Positions 6,898-10,262 of a stretch of DNA of 10,262 nucleotides are shown one piece after another. A model generated the notes under the pieces. It saw nothing but the letters and a program-made list of their open reading frames with translations, was not told where the DNA came from and searched no databases. The DNA is from Waddliaceae bacterium (GTDB lineage Bacteria; Chlamydiota; Chlamydiia; Chlamydiales; SLFE01). Numbering within the stretch: the first letter of the stretch is position 1; each line of letters starts with the position of its first letter. Location of the stretch: NCBI GenBank assembly GCA_963783885.1, contig CAWAPJ010000013.1, forward strand, positions 1 to 10,262, in the 5' to 3' direction. The position numbers and the translations under genes were made by a program.

Positions 6898-7776
6898 ATG
6901 GAAGAGGCGCTTAAGGATTTTTTTCTTTATCTTACAGCCGAGAAGGGGCTTTCGCTCAATACAATTGAGGCGTATCAAAATGATCTTGCAAAATTTTGCG
7001 AATATTTGACTTCAGAAGACGTTGCCGATTTCAACCGGGCGACTCAGGAACATATTGTCGGTTTTTTGGCATTGCTCAGGTCCCATAACTACTCAGAGGC
7101 GACTGTAGCCAGAGCGTTTTTTGCGATTAAGGTTTTTTTCCGTTATTTGAAAAGGGAAAAACTGGTCGAGAAGAACGTCGCTTACTATTTAGAAAATCCC
7201 AAGCTGTGGCAGCTGCTTCCGGCGGTTATGAGTTCGAGTGAAGTTGACCGACTGCTTGCTGCTCCTGACGAAAATACCCCTGAGGGGCTCAGGGACAAAG
7301 CAATTTTGGAAGTCCTCTACGCCTGCGGCCTTCGCGTATCGGAAGCATGCAGCTTGAAAATCTATGATGTCGACGACAATTTTGTCAAAGTTTGCGGCAA
7401 AGGAAGCAAGGAGCGGACAGTGCCCATTGGAAGAGCGGCGCTAAATGCTGTGGACAAATATTTGTCCCGCTGCCGCGTCGATACGGGAGGGGAGCGGGAC
7501 CAGCAGCTTTTTGTCACACCAAGAGGAAAGCCCATCGATCGAATTTTTATCTGGAAAATGATCAAAAAGTACGCACTTCAAGCAGGTATTAGCAAAAATA
7601 TTTCGCCTCATACGCTAAGGCATTCTTTTGCCACGCATCTTTTAGACAACGGCGCGGACCTTAGGGTTATTCAGGAGCTGCTCGGCCACGTCAGCATTAG
7701 CAGCACCGACAGATACACTCATGTGAGTCGAAAACATCTCATCACTTCATTTGAAAAATTTCATCCTAGGAACTAA
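6898..7776 (+). CDS. xerD: Tyrosine recombinase XerD (292 aa)
   Basis: N-terminal EKGLS.NT.EAY..DL SAM-like domain and a complete catalytic set: LYACGLRVSE (R), GKGSKER (K), HTLRHSFATHLL (HxxR), LLGH and TDRYTHV (Y). The C-terminus is FHPR. XerD is favoured over XerC from PKLWQLLP and the C-terminus. Confidence 0.9.
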   Translation: MEEALKDFFLYLTAEKGLSLNTIEAYQNDLAKFCEYLTSEDVADFNRATQEHIVGFLALLRSHNYSEATVARAFFAIKVFFRYLKREKLVEKNVAYYLENPKLWQLLPAVMSSSEVDRLLAAPDENTPEGLRDKAILEVLYACGLRVSEACSLKIYDVDDNFVKVCGKGSKERTVPIGRAALNAVDKYLSRCRVDTGGERDQQLFVTPRGKPIDRIFIWKMIKKYALQAGISKNISPHTLRHSFATHLLDNGADLRVIQELLGHVSISSTDRYTHVSRKHLITSFEKFHPRN

Positions 7777-7779
7777 AAT
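7751..7779 (+). promoter_or_regulatory. Sigma66-type promoter embedded in the 3' end of xerD
   Basis: TTGAAA (7751-7756), 17-nt spacer, TAAAAT (7774-7779, beginning with the xerD TAA stop). SD AAGGAG at 7786-7791 precedes ATG 7797. Confidence 0.6.
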
Positions 7780-7796
7780 TTGGGAAAGGAGAGAAT

Positions 7797-9431
7797 ATGA
7801 TACAAGAATATAGCATCTTATTAAAATCTCTTCAGAGAGCTAAAAAACAATCATGGAATGAATCCGAAATTGAACCGGTTATAGAAAAATCAGAGGCAGT
7901 TGTCTGTAAATGGATTGAAGAGAATCGAGAAAAATTAACAGCATCTGATGCCAAATACTTAATTAAAATTCACGATCGGATAGAATCTTGCTCCGCAGAA
8001 AATATTGCGAAAATCATACGAGAAATTCTCAATGTATCGGGTGGCAGTGATGAGTCATTAAAGAAGCTCTACATGCAACACGTTGTGGAAACTTATCCAA
8101 AAAATCAACAAATATTGCAGAGCTTTCTCAAGCAAAGACCTCAAGTCTCGATAAAGGAGTTTGAAAAATTCGCTGAATTTATTCGCTCCCTTCCGAATGA
8201 TCGAGTAGCAGAAAAGCTGATATACTATAGCAACTGGTCCGATATTATCGACTTTCTCGGCGAGTTTGAGGCTTCCGAACATGGAATGCTTATAGATTTT
8301 CTACCTAGGCATCTTCCCAAGGTTGAAAGGGTTAACTATCTGAAGCAGCTTGATGTAAAACAAAGAAAAAATCTGGTCAGTTTAATCAAGTTAAATTGCC
8401 AAGAACACAATATGCTGGATATATTGAAATTATGTGAAATCTTTCCTGTCGAGAAGAGCAAGGAACTTGTTGAGTTCGTATCACCTTATCTATCAGAACA
8501 TGATTGGAACGTTAAAGAAATTATTCAAGTAGTGAAAAGGTTTTCCATAGAAGAGAGGTTTGACATTCTTCATGAGATTTTTTTAATACCTTCAAGTATT
8601 CAGGGTTTTCTTCTCAAGATATTTGACTATTCGCTTGAAGAGCGAAAGTCTTTGTTAGAACAATACCAAAAAGTTGCTCAAGCAGATGATGATTTATATC
8701 TCGATTGGAATATTTTCAACATCTGCTGTTTATTTAAAGATCAAATGATTAATGAGTCTATCGTTCAAGTTGTACGAAACATTTCAAATATTGGTCGCGT
8801 TAGTAATTTAACTCAAGATTATCATTTTAGAAATTCTATTATTAAGCTAATTGCGCGTTTACCTTCAGAATTGCAAAGCAACATCCCAACCATCAAAAAT
8901 ATTGTCTCTCTTATGGAAGTCGATAGAAGATTTCCAAATGATATCAAAGATTTCATTTTGGCAATTAATCCCACGGAGCTTCCCGATATTTTGCCTCGTG
9001 TTTTAGCGTTTAAAACTATTAGAGATGATTCCTCGAAAGCGACCTTATTGATAGATATGCTGGGGAGAATCAGTCCCGAAAAAAGAGACCAATTCAATGA
9101 ACTTCTTATCGAGATCGATGGCGAAAAAATAGAAGATATCTATCACGAACCCATTTATCTCCTTGGAGGTGTAGCTTCTGAGCAGATTCTCCAGGTGGCT
9201 CAATTTTATGTGGCGAACAAAGGCAATCCCTCTGTACTCAATCGCTTCTATAATCTTCGAAATGATGGGCACTTCTATTCTGGTCGGTATGGGAATTTAA
9301 AAAGAATGCGGGCAATTGATGCAACAATTCCTTTGATCGATGTCGTTTCAGATACGAAGAAAAAGCTGGAATTAATGGAAATAGCCTTCAAATTCCCCCC
9401 AAAGAATATGATTGCAGCACTAAGGCTTTAA
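7797..9431 (+). CDS. Hypothetical alpha-helical repeat protein (544 aa), candidate effector
   Basis: Long AT-rich ORF with a good SD. A degenerate motif (hydrophobic helix, then [LFI][PS]xExR/xxxL) recurs every 29-35 aa. No catalytic motif recognised. Confidence 0.85.
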   Translation: MIQEYSILLKSLQRAKKQSWNESEIEPVIEKSEAVVCKWIEENREKLTASDAKYLIKIHDRIESCSAENIAKIIREILNVSGGSDESLKKLYMQHVVETYPKNQQILQSFLKQRPQVSIKEFEKFAEFIRSLPNDRVAEKLIYYSNWSDIIDFLGEFEASEHGMLIDFLPRHLPKVERVNYLKQLDVKQRKNLVSLIKLNCQEHNMLDILKLCEIFPVEKSKELVEFVSPYLSEHDWNVKEIIQVVKRFSIEERFDILHEIFLIPSSIQGFLLKIFDYSLEERKSLLEQYQKVAQADDDLYLDWNIFNICCLFKDQMINESIVQVVRNISNIGRVSNLTQDYHFRNSIIKLIARLPSELQSNIPTIKNIVSLMEVDRRFPNDIKDFILAINPTELPDILPRVLAFKTIRDDSSKATLLIDMLGRISPEKRDQFNELLIEIDGEKIEDIYHEPIYLLGGVASEQILQVAQFYVANKGNPSVLNRFYNLRNDGHFYSGRYGNLKRMRAIDATIPLIDVVSDTKKKLELMEIAFKFPPKNMIAALRL

Positions 9432-9453
9432 TATCTGTCTTTGAGCAGACGAA

Positions 9454-9873
9454 TTAGCTTTTGTTTGGATGTAAAAAGTAATTGTCATCCGCTGATCTGT
9501 CTGATGTCTGCCAGCCGACATAGCATCCGATGATAGGAGGCACGGCAAGGTAAAGGTAGGGCCAGGAAGCAAAAGCGACAACCAGGATGATTGCTTTGGC
9601 GACAATGTTGACCTTCTGAAAGGTATTCCAAAGTCCTGCGACTCCTTCTCTAAGTTGGTGGCGGAAAATATGCCCCAATACAAAACCGGCTAAAGTCAAT
9701 TGAGGAAACGCAATAAATGAGACGACTCCGGCAAACATGACAAATGTGCAGGCGGCGACATCAATCACCTTTTGAGCGGTTGTTCGGTTAAGATTATCAT
9801 AATTGAATCTGGGAGTTAAATGATTATCTAAAAATTTTATAGTAGAAACAGTTGCGTCTTTAACGTAGTGCAT
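9454..9873 (-). CDS. Small membrane protein (139 aa) with two bilobed hydrophobic segments, Inc-like candidate
   Basis: SD AGGAGA (9884-9879) lies 5 nt before the ATG. Hydrophobic hairpins are VIDVAACTFVMFAGVVSFIAFPQLTLAGFVLGHIF and IVAKAIILVVAFASWPYLYLAVPPIIGCYVGW. Confidence 0.8.
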   Translation of the reverse strand: MHYVKDATVSTIKFLDNHLTPRFNYDNLNRTTAQKVIDVAACTFVMFAGVVSFIAFPQLTLAGFVLGHIFRHQLREGVAGLWNTFQKVNIVAKAIILVVAFASWPYLYLAVPPIIGCYVGWQTSDRSADDNYFLHPNKS

Positions 9874-9917
9874 TATTATCTCCTAGTTTTATAAAAAAAT
9901 AATAAGAGACAATAATA

Positions 9918-10262
9918 TCAGATTTGTTTTTTTTCCGGTAGATAATTTGTGATTACCGAAAACGTATAAGCACCTGCCCCCAAAGAAGTCATAAGAGACG
10001 TCTGGTCGGGAAATGCAAATAATAAAATTAATCCTACAACATAAGCTGAGATACGGACCCCTTGATCGGCCCAGATGTCTTGAATTTTTTTAGCAATTTC
10101 CTGGACCTCGGGAGGAATTTGGGTGCTGTAGCGGTCAATGGCCAATCCTAGGAAAAATCTGTAACCGACCCTCCCAAAGTTAGCCAGAAACGGCTGGCAA
10201 GCTGGGTAATGGCAAAAGCCAAACCGGCGATCTTGTAGTGTTTTCGTAGATCTGATAATTTT
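9918..10262 (-). CDS. Membrane protein, 3' part only (start outside the window), possibly frameshifted near 10148-10160
   Basis: The frame of ORF 9918-10145 stays open to the window edge, so TTG 10145 is not a convincing start. Hydrophobic segments FFLGLAI and ISAYVVGLILLFAFPDQTSLMTSLGAGAYTFSVI resemble the neighbouring 139-aa protein. Confidence 0.7.
   Translation of the reverse strand, partial: KIIRSTKTLQDRRFGFCHYPACQPFLANFGRVGYRFFLGLAIDRYSTQIPPEVQEIAKKIQDIWADQGVRISAYVVGLILLFAFPDQTSLMTSLGAGAYTFSVITNYLPEKKQI

Noticed and set aside
6898..7776. Tyrosine recombinase as a phage or island integrase
   Set aside because: Size and motifs fit housekeeping XerD, its composition matches the core genes, and no att repeats, tRNA or phage genes are nearby.
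9434..9449. Possible bidirectional terminator between the convergent genes
   Set aside because: Only a short bulged stem (TCTG-TC/GA-G-CAGA) without U-tracts; too weak to call.
797..9683. Short alternative-frame and antisense ORFs in the track (e.g. 1850-2164, 2770-3171, 5134-5481, 5634-5936, 6167-6436, 8822-9097, 9420-9683)
   Set aside because: All lie within or mostly overlap well-supported genes and have no recognisable motifs. They are expected shadow ORFs.

Overview
This looks like a chromosomal window from an environmental chlamydia (Parachlamydiales-like), inferred from the chlamydial-type TrmB N-terminus (MKPKDLILPF), a chlamydial-type XerD and eukaryote-like ANK/BTB proteins. A GC-richer core block on the + strand (2755-7776) holds trmB, a GH42/GATase1-like hypothetical, pgi, a conserved hypothetical, yacG and xerD. 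AT-rich candidate host-interaction genes flank it. On the left are a partial minus-strand ORF missed by the ORF track, an ankyrin protein and a convergent BTB/POZ protein. On the right are a helical-repeat protein and two small Inc-like membrane proteins, one possibly frameshifted. Several near-consensus sigma66/sigma70 promoters can be read directly and revise some start codons. The best candidate for an undescribed system is an apparently leaderless hypothetical-yacG-xerD operon whose promoter and start codon are enclosed by a perfect 13-bp inverted repeat. I saw no RNA genes, CRISPR arrays or IS elements. All family assignments are by eye; no searches were run.
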